64,000 bases of DNA from Terriglobia bacterium (GTDB lineage: Bacteria; Acidobacteriota; Terriglobia; Versatilivoradales; Versatilivoraceae): positions 4,844,760 to 4,908,759 of the forward strand of contig OZ244053.1 in NCBI GenBank assembly GCA_965215235.1, written 5' to 3'. The notes under the pieces are model-generated. The model did no database searches. It was not told the DNA's origin and saw only the letters and a program-made list of their open reading frames with translations. Both the position numbers and the translations under genes were made by a program. Of the stretch, positions 46,244-57,117 are shown one piece after another. Numbering within the stretch: position 1 is the stretch's first letter; every line of letters starts with the position of its first letter.

Positions 46244-47921
46244 GTGCTGTGGGGTGTTTTGCTATGGGTGTTCTTGGCCCGCGGCAACGCGATGTCCGAG
46301 TCTGTACCCCGCTTCACGAACATCACTCGTTCCAGTCACATCAATTTCCGCCATGTCAACGGTCGCGAGACGAATAAAGTCTATCTGTTTGAAGCCAAAG
46401 GGAGTGGCGCCGGTTTCTTCGATTTCGACAACGATGGTTGGATGGACCTCCTCATGGTTCAGGGGTCCACCCTGGAAAGATTCCGCAAGGGAGACGACCT
46501 GCACTGCTCCCTCTATCGAAACCAGGGGGACGGCACCTTCAAAGACATCACCGGAGAGTCGGGTCTGACCCGAACGGCCTGGGGAATGGGAGTTACCTTC
46601 GGGGACTACGACAACGACGGCTTCGTTGACATCTACCTGAACAATCTGGGAACCAATTTCCTCTACAGGAATCGGGGAGACGGGACTTTCGAGGACGTCA
46701 CGGCGCGGGCAGGCGTGGGAGATTCCGGATGGACTGCTTCCTCGGCGTTCGGCGACTACGATCAGGATGGGGATCTGGACCTCTATATCTGCAACTACAT
46801 TCACTACGATTTCGACAACCTGCGCCCTCCTGATCCCAAGCTGATCTGCCACTACCGCGGCGCCACCGTCCCCTGCGGCCCCCTGGGACTCCAGGGCCGG
46901 GGCCAATCGGCTCTACCGCAACAACGGCGACGGCACGTTTGAGGACGTCACCAAAGCGTCCGGGATGGACGTGAACAACCGCTATTATTCTCTGGGGGTG
47001 GTGTGGGCCGATCTGGACGACGACGGGGACCCGGATCTCTACCTGGCCAACGACAGCACGCCCAATCAGTTCTACGTCAACCAGGGTGACGGAACGTTCA
47101 AGGAAATGGGACTTCTGAGCGGTCTGGCCACCAGTGCAGCCGGAGACTTCCAGGGGGGCATGGGCGTGGATGCGGCCGACTACGACAACGACGGGCGATT
47201 GGATCTCTTCGTGACCAACTTCGCCCACGACTACAGCACGCTCTACCGGAATCGCGGCGACCTCATGTTCGAAGACGTAACTCAGCAAGCCAGGTTGATT
47301 CAGCCGGAGTGGCTGCTGGTCAGTTGGGGCGTCGGGTTCTTCGACCTGAACCACGACGGCTGGAAAGACATCTTCCATTCCAATGGCCATGTCTATTCCT
47401 TTATATTGACGGCCGGCTGGTCAGAGAGCTACTTCCAGCCCTGTTCTTTCTATTTGAACCAAAAGGATGGGACCTTCAGAGATGTGAGAAAGTTGGTGGG
47501 CCGAGACCTCCAGAAGGAGTTGGTGGGCCGCGGGATGGCTTTCGCCGATTTCGACAATGACGGGGACATCGACTTCATCATCGGCAACCTCAATGGGTCT
47601 CCCCAGTTTTTCAGACATGAAGGAGCCGGTCCCAATCATTGGGTGATGTTCAGGACCAGGGGGACCAAAACCAATAGAGACGGAATAGGGACCCGCATCA
47701 CGGTGTTCACCGGTCAGCTCCGGCAGGTCTGGGAGATCAAACGAACCGTCGGCATTTACTCGGCCAGCGACCCCAGAGCGCACTTCGGTTTGGGGGAGGC
47801 CGCAGAGATCAACCGGGTCCGGGTTGAGTGGCCGAGCGGCGTCGTACAGGAGTTCCACGACGTGGCAGTCGACAGGCACTACCTGATCGACGAAAAGAAA
47901 GGACTGGAGAGCGAGTTCTGA
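46244..47921 (+). CDS. CRTAC1-family protein (FG-GAP/VCBS + UnbV), paralog B (type II); frameshift at the G-run 46899-46902
   Basis: Track ORFs 46049..46942 and 46965..47921 join as ..CGPLGLQG|ANRLYRNNGDGTFEDVTKASGMDVNNRYYSLGVVWADLDDDGD. The gene is highly similar to 51602..53317. The GTG 46244 start (VLWGVLLWVFLARG) is a guess. Confidence 0.8.
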
Positions 47922-48095
47922 ATGCCAGCGCCGGCTACGTCGCCCCGTTCATCCAGGTTCCAGCAGCAGAGGAGCATTTCCAACCCGCATTTCCCCCTTT
48001 TAAATCGTCCACAAAAGGGAGGCAGGTCAAACTTGGCAGGGTTTCCAGCCATCCAGAAATGGGAACCCGAACAGATGCCCTTCAAATGACGAACT

Positions 48096-48202
48096 GGCCG
48101 GGTTGCTATCGAGCCTACGAAAACCGTAGCATTCACCAGACGATTCGTACCGGCCATCGGCAGGCTTCTGTGATTTTAAACTGTTTCATTGGTTGGACTT
48201 AG
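48096..48202 (+). repeat. Conserved ~105-nt intergenic element, copy 2 (partner at 39864-39972)
   Basis: See copy 1. It lies between CRTAC1-B (stop 47921) and the octaheme cytochrome gene (start 48494). Confidence 0.7.
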
Positions 48203-48493
48203 TTAGATTGAGCGAGTGAGGAGCACCTCTTCGCGGCTTGATTCCTCTGCACCCTGCCTGTTTCGACATATGCTGAATTGTTTTTCACCGCTTCTCAGGG
48301 TGAGTCAAGTCCACCGCCGCTCTCCGCTCAAGACGCCGGAACAGCCCGGCCACTGGTCTGTGTCCTGGTTTTGATGAGGTGTGGACTACAGGGGTTCTGT
48401 TAGGCTCAGCATTAACAGTATGCCATAATCAAAAGTCGGAATTGGTTTATCGTCTCGTGGCTCGGTGGGTGGTCGGAAACGCTGGCTGGCGGT

Positions 48494-50356
48494 ATGGCCC
48501 TGCCGGTTAATGGAACAATGAGGATAACTATGTCAGCGCTGGTCCTGCTGAGCATTCTGTGGCACTCGACCGCCTTGAGTCGGGGTGCTCCGGTTCAGGA
48601 GAGAGATCGGCCGATACAGGTCTTGGGTAACGGATATGTCTCGTCCGATCAATGTCGGACCTGCCATCAGCAAAACCATGCGAGTTGGCATGCCTCCTAC
48701 CATAGGACCATGACGCAGGTTGCGACCCCCGAAGCCCTCGCAGTTCCCATTGACCAGGTGGAGCTGGAGCTTCATGGTCAGAGCTACCACTTGAGACGGG
48801 AAGGGAACCGATTGTGGGCGGAAATGCCCCATCCTACCGAGGGGCGTGTCGAGAAGCGTATCGTCTTGACGACGGGGTCGCACCACTTCCAGATGTATTG
48901 GTTCTCCAGCGGTAAATCCCGAAAGCTGGAGCTGTTCCCCTTCGTCTATTCGATCGAGGAACGGCGCTGGATCCCCGAGAAGTCCACCTTCCTCATGCCC
49001 CCTTCTCAGCAGGTTTCTACTCAACCGGGGCGCTGGAACCAGGCCTGTCTGCAGTGCCACGTGACCCTGGGTCGACCGCGGGTTGTGACTCAGGACAGCA
49101 TGGATACTCAGGTGGCGGAGTTTGGCATTGCCTGCGAAGCCTGTCACGGTCCGGGAGAGCGGCACGTCGAGATCATGAGTCGCCCCGGCAGCCTTGAAGC
49201 CTATCGCAGCGGGAAACTGAAACTGGACATTGTCAATCCCGAAAAGCTGTCTCACCGTCGCTCCTCCCAGGTCTGTGGGCAATGCCACAGTGTCTTCACC
49301 TTTCAGGATCAGAAGGAACTGGTCCATTGGGTGAACCATGGCTTCTCCTACCGTCCGGGGGAGGATCTGACCGACAGCCGCTTTCTGATCCGATATCACC
49401 AAAGTCGGGAAGCCCCTCAGATGAAAACCTATTTGAAAGCCCAGCCGCGGTTCCTGGAGTCTGTTTTTTGGTCGGATGGCATGGTCAGGACTGCGGGGCG
49501 GGAGTACAGCGGACTTCTGGAGTCCGGTTGTTATCAGAAGGGACAGATGTCCTGCCTCTCCTGCCATCGCCTGCACAAGACGCGGGAGGATCCCCGTTCG
49601 CTGAGATCCTGGGCCAACGATCAGTTGCAGCCGGGAATGGACACCAATCAAGCCTGTCTGCAGTGCCACCCTTCTTTTCAGGCTGTGCTGGAGAATCACA
49701 CACACCACCGGCCAGGCTCCTCGGGAAGCGAATGTTACAACTGCCATATGCCTCCCACGGCTTATGCTCTCCTGAAAGCCATTCGCAGTCACCAGATCAG
49801 CAGCCCAACGGTGACTACCAGCCTAAAAACAGGCCGGCCCAATGCCTGTAACCAGTGTCACTTGGATAAGCCGCTCCTGTGGACAGCCGAATACCTCCAG
49901 AAATGGTATGGGATTCCCAAGCCCAAGCTGTCCAAAGAGGAAAAAACGTTTGCGGCGTCGGTGCTCTGGACTTTGAAAGGAGATGCCGGCCAACGGGCGC
50001 TCATGGCCTGGAGTCTGGGGTGGGAGCCGGCGAGAGCGGCCTCCGGTTCGGTTTGGATGGCTCCTTTTCTGGCTCAACTGCTGGAAGACCCCTACGACGC
50101 TGTCCGGTTTATCGCCTACCGCTCTCTGCGGAGTCTGCCGGAGTTCCAGGATTTCCAATACGACTTTGTCGACTCTCCGGGTCGTCGCGCCGTGGCCCAT
50201 CGAACAGCCCTGGAAACCTGGCGTCGAGCCGGCCATAAACACCGCTCCGCAAACGGGAGCGCCGTTCTTTTCGATACCCGTGGCAACCTGCGGCGGGACC
50301 TCTTCGATCGTCTACTCAGTCAGCGAAACGACTATCCGCTTGGCCTCGCCGAGTAG
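48494..50356 (+). CDS. Octaheme c-type cytochrome (620 aa) with a helical-repeat C-terminal domain
   Basis: Eight CXXCH motifs are present: CRTCH, CLQCH, CEACH, CGQCH, CLSCH, CLQCH, CYNCH, CNQCH. Signal peptide is ..MSALVLLSILWHSTALS. The C-terminal ~150 aa (..FLAQLLEDPYDAVRFIAYRSLRSLPEF..) looks HEAT-like. Confidence 0.85.
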   Translation: MALPVNGTMRITMSALVLLSILWHSTALSRGAPVQERDRPIQVLGNGYVSSDQCRTCHQQNHASWHASYHRTMTQVATPEALAVPIDQVELELHGQSYHLRREGNRLWAEMPHPTEGRVEKRIVLTTGSHHFQMYWFSSGKSRKLELFPFVYSIEERRWIPEKSTFLMPPSQQVSTQPGRWNQACLQCHVTLGRPRVVTQDSMDTQVAEFGIACEACHGPGERHVEIMSRPGSLEAYRSGKLKLDIVNPEKLSHRRSSQVCGQCHSVFTFQDQKELVHWVNHGFSYRPGEDLTDSRFLIRYHQSREAPQMKTYLKAQPRFLESVFWSDGMVRTAGREYSGLLESGCYQKGQMSCLSCHRLHKTREDPRSLRSWANDQLQPGMDTNQACLQCHPSFQAVLENHTHHRPGSSGSECYNCHMPPTAYALLKAIRSHQISSPTVTTSLKTGRPNACNQCHLDKPLLWTAEYLQKWYGIPKPKLSKEEKTFAASVLWTLKGDAGQRALMAWSLGWEPARAASGSVWMAPFLAQLLEDPYDAVRFIAYRSLRSLPEFQDFQYDFVDSPGRRAVAHRTALETWRRAGHKHRSANGSAVLFDTRGNLRRDLFDRLLSQRNDYPLGLAE

Positions 50357-50429
50357 CATGGGATGGGGTGTTCATCCCTGGGGCAACCCGCCGCGAGGGC
50401 GGATGGAAGCACCGGAATGGTGAGGCTTT

Positions 50430-51353
50430 ATGACCAAGCCAACACAGGTCTCAGGGCGATGTCGGGTCTTGGCGATTTACGTTCTGATGGTCGGCGCCCC
50501 GCTCTTTTCTCAATCGGAGGAATATCAGAAGGCGCTCAGAAGCTACCAGGAAGAACGTTACTTGGAGGCCCTAGTCGGGATTCAAAAGGCAGTGGCTCAT
50601 GAAAAGGACAGGGCCACATATTACCTGCTTCAAGCCGAGATCCTCAGCGCCCTGAATCAATTCAGTGACGCCGAGGCCTCGTTACGCCGTGCCGTCGAAT
50701 TACAACCCGACTTGGCCAAAGCCCACTTTCAACTCGGTGTTCTTCACCTGAAGGACAACAAATTCCGGCAAGCTGCAACGGCACTGGAGCGAGTGGTGGA
50801 ACTCGACCCCGCGGATCTGAAAGCTCGTCTTCTCCTGGGCAACATCTATTGTCTACAGCTGAATCTCGACAATCTGGCCTTGCAGCAATTCGAGGCTGTG
50901 GCGAAAGCCGACCCGCGCTATCCTGCGGTCCACTACGGCCTGGGAAGACTCTTTTTCAGGCAAGGTAGGGATAGTGAAGCCGTTGCGCATTTCAGGTCCG
51001 AGTTGCGGTTTCACCCCAAGCACGACGCGGCCCGATTTCACTTGGCCAAGGCCCTGCTGAGAATAGGGCAGGCCGAGGAAGCCCTCACCCATTTACAGGC
51101 GCTTCAAGCCAAAGAGGTGGATCAGGTAGAGATCCATTATTTTTTGGCCAAGACCTACCATCGCCTGAAGGAACCGGCGAAGGCCATTGGGTCGCTGCTG
51201 AAAGGGATTGATCTCGACCCTGATTTTCCTGACGCGCATTACCTGCTGGCCCGACTCTATTTGGAAACGGGCCGGCCTCAGCAGGCTCAGGAACGGATGG
51301 CCGTGTTTGCGAGGTTAAGAGAGCGGGAGGGTCGGGGTCGCCGTCGCCCCTAA
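50430..51353 (+). CDS. TPR-repeat protein, type II paralog C
   Basis: Signal peptide is ..CRVLAIYVLMVGAPLFSQ. YQEERYLEALVGIQKAVAHEKDRATYYLLQAEILSALNQFSDAEASLRRAVELQP parallels paralog B. Confidence 0.8.
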   Translation: MTKPTQVSGRCRVLAIYVLMVGAPLFSQSEEYQKALRSYQEERYLEALVGIQKAVAHEKDRATYYLLQAEILSALNQFSDAEASLRRAVELQPDLAKAHFQLGVLHLKDNKFRQAATALERVVELDPADLKARLLLGNIYCLQLNLDNLALQQFEAVAKADPRYPAVHYGLGRLFFRQGRDSEAVAHFRSELRFHPKHDAARFHLAKALLRIGQAEEALTHLQALQAKEVDQVEIHYFLAKTYHRLKEPAKAIGSLLKGIDLDPDFPDAHYLLARLYLETGRPQQAQERMAVFARLREREGRGRRRP

Positions 51354-51601
51354 AGGTTTGAGCGGGAAATTCCGAGGTTCGAAAGACTGCCTGACGACTT
51401 GATCTCAATGCCCATAGCCAGGAGTTCTGCAGATTGGAACGTCTCGGAACACTGCGAAAGGGGTCAAGGTAGCTTTGGCCGAGGCGTATCGAAATGGCTG
51501 AGTCTGCCGGCCCAGGGTGTTCACCAGCCGTTCTCTTCTCAAAAATGTCCGGCGCCATCGAATTTCTTTCAGGATCGAGAGCCGGCTATTTCCACTGCAT
51601 C

Positions 51602-53317
51602 ATGGGGGGCGTAGTTTCCCTGTTTTTTTACAAAGCCATGAAGGTTTGGGGTCCTTTGTTCCTTGGGCTCGCAATCGGAGGTCCCACCATGGCTGAACGG
51701 GTGCCTCTGTTCACCAACGTCACCCGTTCCAGCGGTATCGATTTTCTCCATGTGAACGGTCCAGAGAAGACGAAGCCCTACCTGTTTGAGGCCAAAGGAG
51801 GAGGCGCCGGTTTCTTTGATTTCGACAACGATGGTTGGTTGGATCTTTTCATGGTTCAGGGGTCCACTCTGGAAAGATTCCGGAGGGGGAACAACCCGCA
51901 CGGCTCGCTCTATCGGAACCAACGAGATGGAACTTTCGAAGATAAGACTCGGGAGGCGGGTTTGACGAGGCCCGCTTGGGGAATGGGAGTTACCTTTGGA
52001 GACTACGACAACGACGGCTTTGTGGACATCTACCTGAACAATCTGAGGGCCAATGTTCTTTACAAGAACAAGGGCGACGGTACTTTTGAAGATGTCACGA
52101 CCCGGGCCGGGGTGGGAGATCCGGGGTGGAGTTCCTCTTCGGCGTTTGGGGACTACGATCAAGATGGAGACCTGGACCTCTATGTCTGCAACTACGTTCT
52201 GTACGACTTCAACAGTTTGCCCCCGCCCGGTTCCAAGCCCATTTGCAACTACCGTGGCACTCCCGCTTTCTGCGGCCCGCTGGGGCTTGAGGGAGCCGCT
52301 AACCGACTCTACCGCAACAACGGAGACGGCACGTTCTCAGACGTCACCGAAGCTTCCGGGGTCGACGTGAATAACCGCTATTTTTCTCTGGGAGTGGTTT
52401 GGGCTGATCTGGACAACGATGGGGACCAGGATCTCTATGTGGCCAACGACAGCACGCCCAATCAGCTTTATGTCAACCAGGGAGACGGAAAGTTCAAAGA
52501 GATGGGTTTTCTGAGCGGCTTGGCAACCGATGCCGATGGACGCTTCCAGGGAGGCATGGGCGTGGATGCGGCAGATTATGACAACGACGGGCGTCTGGAC
52601 GTGTTTGTGACGAACTTCGCCGATGATTACAGCACGTTATACGAAAATCGCGGCCAGTTTCTGTTCGAAGACGTCACCCAGCAGGCTCGGTTGAGTCAAC
52701 CGGAGTGGATGCTGGTGAGCTGGGGGACCGGGTTCTTCGACCTGAACCACGATGGTTGGAAAGACATCTTCCATTCCAATGGCCACGTCTACGCCTTTGT
52801 GCTGACAGCCGGCTGGTCCGACCGCTACTTCCAGCCCTCCTCTTTCTATCTGAACCAAAAGGATGGCACCTTCAGGGATGTGAGAGCGTTGGCTGGACGT
52901 GACCTGCAAAAGGAGTTGGTGGGCCGCGGGATGGCTTTCGGCGATTTCGACAATGACGGAGACGTCGATTTCGTCATCGGCAACCTCAATGGGTCTCCCC
53001 AGCTCTTCAGGCATGGAGGCGCTGCTCCCAATCATTGGGTCATGTTCAGGACCAGGGGGACCCGGAGCAATCGAGATGGCATTGGGACCCGAATCACGGT
53101 GATCACCGATCAACTCCGCCAGATCTGGGAGATCAAAAGGACCGTCGGTATCTACTCGGCCAGCGATCCCAGAGCGCACTTTGGTTTGGGGGAGGCCGCA
53201 AAGATCGACCGGGTCCGGGTGGAATGGCCGAGCGGCGCCGTCCAGGAGTTCCGCGACGTAGCGGTCGACAGGCACTACCTGATCGACGAAGAAAGCGGCC
53301 TGGGTAGCGAGTTCTGA
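51602..53317 (+). CDS. CRTAC1-family protein (FG-GAP/VCBS + UnbV), paralog C (type II)
   Basis: It carries ..FDFDNDGWLDLFMVQG.., DYDNDGFVDIYLNN, DYDQDGDLDLYVCNY, DLDNDGDQDLYVAND, DYDNDGRLDVFVTNF and DFDNDGDVDFVIGN. The UnbV-like C-terminus is ..NRDGIGTRITVITDQLRQIWEIKRTVGIYSASDPRAHFGLGEAAKIDRVRVEWPSG. The start is uncertain (51494/51602/51638). Confidence 0.85.
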   Translation: MGGVVSLFFYKAMKVWGPLFLGLAIGGPTMAERVPLFTNVTRSSGIDFLHVNGPEKTKPYLFEAKGGGAGFFDFDNDGWLDLFMVQGSTLERFRRGNNPHGSLYRNQRDGTFEDKTREAGLTRPAWGMGVTFGDYDNDGFVDIYLNNLRANVLYKNKGDGTFEDVTTRAGVGDPGWSSSSAFGDYDQDGDLDLYVCNYVLYDFNSLPPPGSKPICNYRGTPAFCGPLGLEGAANRLYRNNGDGTFSDVTEASGVDVNNRYFSLGVVWADLDNDGDQDLYVANDSTPNQLYVNQGDGKFKEMGFLSGLATDADGRFQGGMGVDAADYDNDGRLDVFVTNFADDYSTLYENRGQFLFEDVTQQARLSQPEWMLVSWGTGFFDLNHDGWKDIFHSNGHVYAFVLTAGWSDRYFQPSSFYLNQKDGTFRDVRALAGRDLQKELVGRGMAFGDFDNDGDVDFVIGNLNGSPQLFRHGGAAPNHWVMFRTRGTRSNRDGIGTRITVITDQLRQIWEIKRTVGIYSASDPRAHFGLGEAAKIDRVRVEWPSGAVQEFRDVAVDRHYLIDEESGLGSEF

Positions 53318-53385
53318 ATGCTGCCAGCCGCACAGCGGCGGCAGGCAATCTCTCAGGTGGCTGTGAGTGCGTCGTCCCGAGGGTT

Positions 53386-54183
53386 TCAGAGGGCTCCGGA
53401 TTTCCGGTAGACGCTCGCCCTGTAGGCTTCATGGAGCCGGAGGGCTTCTTGGTTAACTTGGGTGCTGCGCCCGCGATAGTCGAGCACGAACCCGCGACGA
53501 TGGGAATCGGTTTTGTTGGGACCGCTGCGGTGGACGGTGAGGAAATGATGAATGGAGGCGTCGCCTCGCTGGAGCAGAGCGGGCGCTCCCGGGCAGCGAA
53601 CGGAATCAGGGGGTTGGGAAAGGGCCTTGGTGAATAAGGGGAGGCCTGTTTGGACGTGTGGAATTTCGCCAAGTCGGTGGCTGCCTCGAGCGAAATGAGC
53701 GGCGCCATTTTCGAGAGTTGTCTCGTCCAAGGCAATCCAGAGGACCAAGCCGTAGGGGGGTAAGTAATTGAAGTAGGCGTTTTCCTGGTGGTAGAGTGCC
53801 GGAGACCCCACGCGGGCGGGTTTGTAAAAGACTTCAGTGGTAATGGGCTCTACCGGCTCGCCCAGACAAGCGCTCAGCAGATGGACTGTAGCCGGCCGCG
53901 CCAGCATTCGCTGGAAGTACCGATCGTAGAGCTCCAGTCTGGAGAACTGCTTCAGGGGCCCGCTCCAGCCGGACTCATAGACCACGTGAATGCGGGGGAC
54001 GGTGGGCAGGACCCCTGCAATATAGCGGTCGACCTCCTGCTCTAGTTGGTCCACTTCGCCTGGACTCAGGAATCCCTTCACCACCACGAACCCATCCTCC
54101 CGAAATTTGGCAGCCAGTTGAGGGGTGTTGAGGTTTACGGTCATTTCGCGCTGCTCCTTAACTTCATTCGGACAAATAGGCAA
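53386..54183 (-). CDS. Phytanoyl-CoA dioxygenase (PhyH) family Fe(II)/2-oxoglutarate oxygenase
   Basis: The ~250-265 aa ORF carries ..FREDGFVVVKGFLSPGEV.., ..ALYHQENAYF.. (HxE/D) and ..NGAAHFARGSH.. (distal His). These fit the PhyH pattern. Confidence 0.7.
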   Translation of the reverse strand: MPICPNEVKEQREMTVNLNTPQLAAKFREDGFVVVKGFLSPGEVDQLEQEVDRYIAGVLPTVPRIHVVYESGWSGPLKQFSRLELYDRYFQRMLARPATVHLLSACLGEPVEPITTEVFYKPARVGSPALYHQENAYFNYLPPYGLVLWIALDETTLENGAAHFARGSHRLGEIPHVQTGLPLFTKALSQPPDSVRCPGAPALLQRGDASIHHFLTVHRSGPNKTDSHRRGFVLDYRGRSTQVNQEALRLHEAYRASVYRKSGAL

Positions 54184-55993
54184 CCTTCAATCGCACTCCA
54201 TAGAACTGCACCCGGGAAGCCAATCCAGGCAGCTGTTCGGGTCGGACGCCTCCGGGCGTACCCGGCACGCTCTTGAGCGCCAGGACCACGTGGTTCAATC
54301 CTTGTCTCAAAGGCGGGACGTCTACGGGGTAGCTCAGCCGATACTCACGCTTTCTGGCGTCAGTCATGGTCCACTCTCCATCGTCCAGGGTCTTTCCATT
54401 CAACCGGCAGACCATGGCCTCGGGCCGGGCGGGCCCTCTCACATCGAGGGTCAGCCGCATTCCTCTCAGGGTCTGATTCTTCTTGGCCGCCCCCAGGTCA
54501 TCTCCGATAACCAGGGGGACTCTTCCCACCACGCCGTACTCGATGGCTCCCTCTCTGCTTACGGGCAGAGGCGGCTGACTGGAGATGTGAGCATAATAGT
54601 CGTAGACCCCTCCGGCATGGTTGTCCACGCAAAACAACTTGTCCTTGGCCTCGAGAGTTCGGCGCTCACCGATATCGGTTAAGCAGGCGTAAGAGCGCCG
54701 ACGGGTCTCGACCAGATCTTTCCCCCTCTTGTACTCGAAAGGAGACCCGAAGTTCCATACATAGATGCCATCAGCGCCGGACTGGAACCAGTTGCTGGCC
54801 AAACCCCGTACTCCCTCCAGGAAGTTTCCGCGCGACACAGTGGCTGCGGCTCCCTGGTTGATGCAGGGATAGACAAGAACTCCGTGTTGATGAGCTTGGG
54901 CAGTGAATTCTGCCAAGGGGAGACTGAAAGGAGCATAGCCGCCGCCGGCAATCAAAATATCGACAAGATCCTCTTCCAACCAACCCTTCAGATCCAGACC
55001 GACGTTCAAGGCCAGTGGGAAGCTGTCCGGGACTCGAGCTGCCAAAAGAAGCGGCCGCTCCCGCCGGTTGGCCTCGCTGTCGGTAAGCTGACGGATGCGG
55101 CGCATGAAAGCCGTCATGACCTCGACATCGGACGCGCTCACCGGCCGCCCCTGCAGGGTCGGACTAAAGAACACCGGATGGCGAATGAAATCCAACTCGA
55201 AGCCGTCGACGTCATACCGCTGGGCGACTTCTTCGATAATCTCGAACTTGCGCTGCCTGACCTCCTGGTGCGAGAAATCTTGCGCAGTGATATACAGATC
55301 GAGAGCGGTCTGCATACCGAGCGGATCGACCAGGAATTCCGGATGCTCCTTCTTCCATACCGTCAAGCCCCCCTCGATGAAGCTGTCGTGAACATCATTC
55401 ATGCGAACCGAGGCCAGAATTTCCATTCCGTGAGAGCGGGCGAAATCGATGACGATTTGCAATGGCCCGCGCCCGCCTTGGATGAGCTGTTTCACGTTGG
55501 AGGTCACCTTTGACCAATAAGCCGGCGGGCCTCCATGGGCATCGCCGTAGATGGGTTGGATCTTGCTGTTGTAAACCGGGGCGTCGGCCCAGCCTCCGAG
55601 GATTGACCAGGAAATCGTATCGACCTGGGTTCCGGCCAGAGGTTTGAGCCTGCGCTTCAGGAAACCTTCGGGGGTGTTGGCGTCCTCTCGGGACAGCTCG
55701 TAGCTATCGTCATTGAAGATGATGCGGCGCTGCCTTCCGGCAGCCGCCACTCGACTCTTCTTAGCCGCAGACCAACTTGCTTGTTGGTCCTGCATCGCTG
55801 GGGTGCAAGAATTCAGGCCGGGTAGGACCAGCAAGCAGGCCGTCAGTAAAATGCCGCTTTTCGTCCATTGGGTCCTGCCGCTTTGGCTCATCGTGTTCAC
55901 CTCATCGTTCCGGCCGGATTTTTGCCCCGGTCCCGAATGGCCATCAAGCAGCCTTGACGGCCATTGCCAGTGGTCTCGGCCGGCGAAAATCAT
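54164..55993 (-). CDS. Uncharacterised lipoprotein-like protein with a TIM-barrel glycoside-hydrolase-like (GHL10-like) core
   Basis: A lipobox-like LLTACLLVLPGLNSC is present. The strand-end motifs IIFNDDSYEL, VDTISWSI, ASVRMNDVHD and DVDGFELDFIRHP resemble (beta/alpha)8 GH-like families. An ATGA overlap links it to the upstream TPR stop. The family assignment is tentative. Confidence 0.5.
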   Translation of the reverse strand: MIFAGRDHWQWPSRLLDGHSGPGQKSGRNDEVNTMSQSGRTQWTKSGILLTACLLVLPGLNSCTPAMQDQQASWSAAKKSRVAAAGRQRRIIFNDDSYELSREDANTPEGFLKRRLKPLAGTQVDTISWSILGGWADAPVYNSKIQPIYGDAHGGPPAYWSKVTSNVKQLIQGGRGPLQIVIDFARSHGMEILASVRMNDVHDSFIEGGLTVWKKEHPEFLVDPLGMQTALDLYITAQDFSHQEVRQRKFEIIEEVAQRYDVDGFELDFIRHPVFFSPTLQGRPVSASDVEVMTAFMRRIRQLTDSEANRRERPLLLAARVPDSFPLALNVGLDLKGWLEEDLVDILIAGGGYAPFSLPLAEFTAQAHQHGVLVYPCINQGAAATVSRGNFLEGVRGLASNWFQSGADGIYVWNFGSPFEYKRGKDLVETRRRSYACLTDIGERRTLEAKDKLFCVDNHAGGVYDYYAHISSQPPLPVSREGAIEYGVVGRVPLVIGDDLGAAKKNQTLRGMRLTLDVRGPARPEAMVCRLNGKTLDDGEWTMTDARKREYRLSYPVDVPPLRQGLNHVVLALKSVPGTPGGVRPEQLPGLASRVQFYGVRLKVAYLSE

Positions 55994-57117
55994 CGGGAGA
56001 AATTGGCCATCTGTCCCTTCAGTTTCTCATAGGTTTCCAGTGCTTGGCGTGCCGACTGGGACTGGCCGGTATCCTCGTACAGTTTGGCCAGAAGGCGGTG
56101 GGCGGCCGGAATGTCCGGGGCGAGTTCAATACACTGCCGGACGGCTGTGATCGCTTTGTCGAGTTGTCCCAGCTTTCGATAGACCTTGGCTAAACCGAAA
56201 TAAAGATCGGGAAGAGAGACCGTTTCACTGTCTTTGGCGACGGCGGTCAACTGGGCCAGGGCCAACTTGGGCTTCCCGATCTGGAGTAGTAGGTCGCCCA
56301 GTTCCAGACGCGCTTGACCATGATCCGGATGGTAGGCCACCTCTCGCTGCAGGGCTTGAAGGGCCTCCTGAAACCTTCCGGCATCCAGATGAATGGCGCT
56401 CAAGTGGTAGTGGATCCAGGCGTAGCGGGGATCCTTGGAAGCCACCGTCTCAAACTGATGGAGGGCCTTGCTCCTCATGTTCTGCTCATGATAGGTGCGC
56501 CCCAGATGCATCCTGGCCTTGAGGTGATGGGGGTTCAGTTCCAAGGCTTTTTCAAGCAACTGAATGCTCTCTTCCACCGCCGTACTGGTGGAAATTCTGG
56601 AGCCCATCCCCATGGGGTCGGTCCTGTCCTTAGTCTCATTGCGTTCCTGCAGGATGAGAGCAGCCAAGCCATAGTGGAACTCGGCACTGGTGGGTTTTAG
56701 GGTCAGGGCTTTCCGCAGGTGCGGCTCAGCGTCGGTGAACTGTTTGAGTTGTAACAGAGTCATGCCGTACAAGTGCCGGTAGTCCGCGTTCTCACCATCC
56801 TGCTCCACAGCTTTCTGAGCCGCCAGCATTGCCAGCAGATATTCCTGGCGCTGGTACCTCTCTTGCGCTTCCCGATAGTCCTCCAATTGCCCGTGGAGGT
56901 GGGTCACAGAAAAAAAGAGAGTGGCCAGAGCCAAGGAGGCAGTTAGCCGGACTGATCGAGGGCACAGCGATTGGCTGACCGAAGACGTAGGCCTTTTGTC
57001 CTCCCTCCAACTTTCATTCTTGGTAATGAGCAACGTTTCCATAAGCAGGCGTGACTCTCCGGTCTGCCTGGATTCACTGGCGTCTAGGGCTCGGTCTTTG
57101 CGACGATTCGGATCCAA
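55990..57117 (-). CDS. TPR-repeat protein, type I paralog D
   Basis: YQRQEYLLAMLAAQKAVEQDGENADYRHLYGMTLLQLKQFTDAEPHLRKALTLKPTSAEFHYGLAALILQE is alignable with paralogs A and E. The start is uncertain (57117 or ATG approx 57042). Confidence 0.8.
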   Translation of the reverse strand: MDPNRRKDRALDASESRQTGESRLLMETLLITKNESWREDKRPTSSVSQSLCPRSVRLTASLALATLFFSVTHLHGQLEDYREAQERYQRQEYLLAMLAAQKAVEQDGENADYRHLYGMTLLQLKQFTDAEPHLRKALTLKPTSAEFHYGLAALILQERNETKDRTDPMGMGSRISTSTAVEESIQLLEKALELNPHHLKARMHLGRTYHEQNMRSKALHQFETVASKDPRYAWIHYHLSAIHLDAGRFQEALQALQREVAYHPDHGQARLELGDLLLQIGKPKLALAQLTAVAKDSETVSLPDLYFGLAKVYRKLGQLDKAITAVRQCIELAPDIPAAHRLLAKLYEDTGQSQSARQALETYEKLKGQMANFSR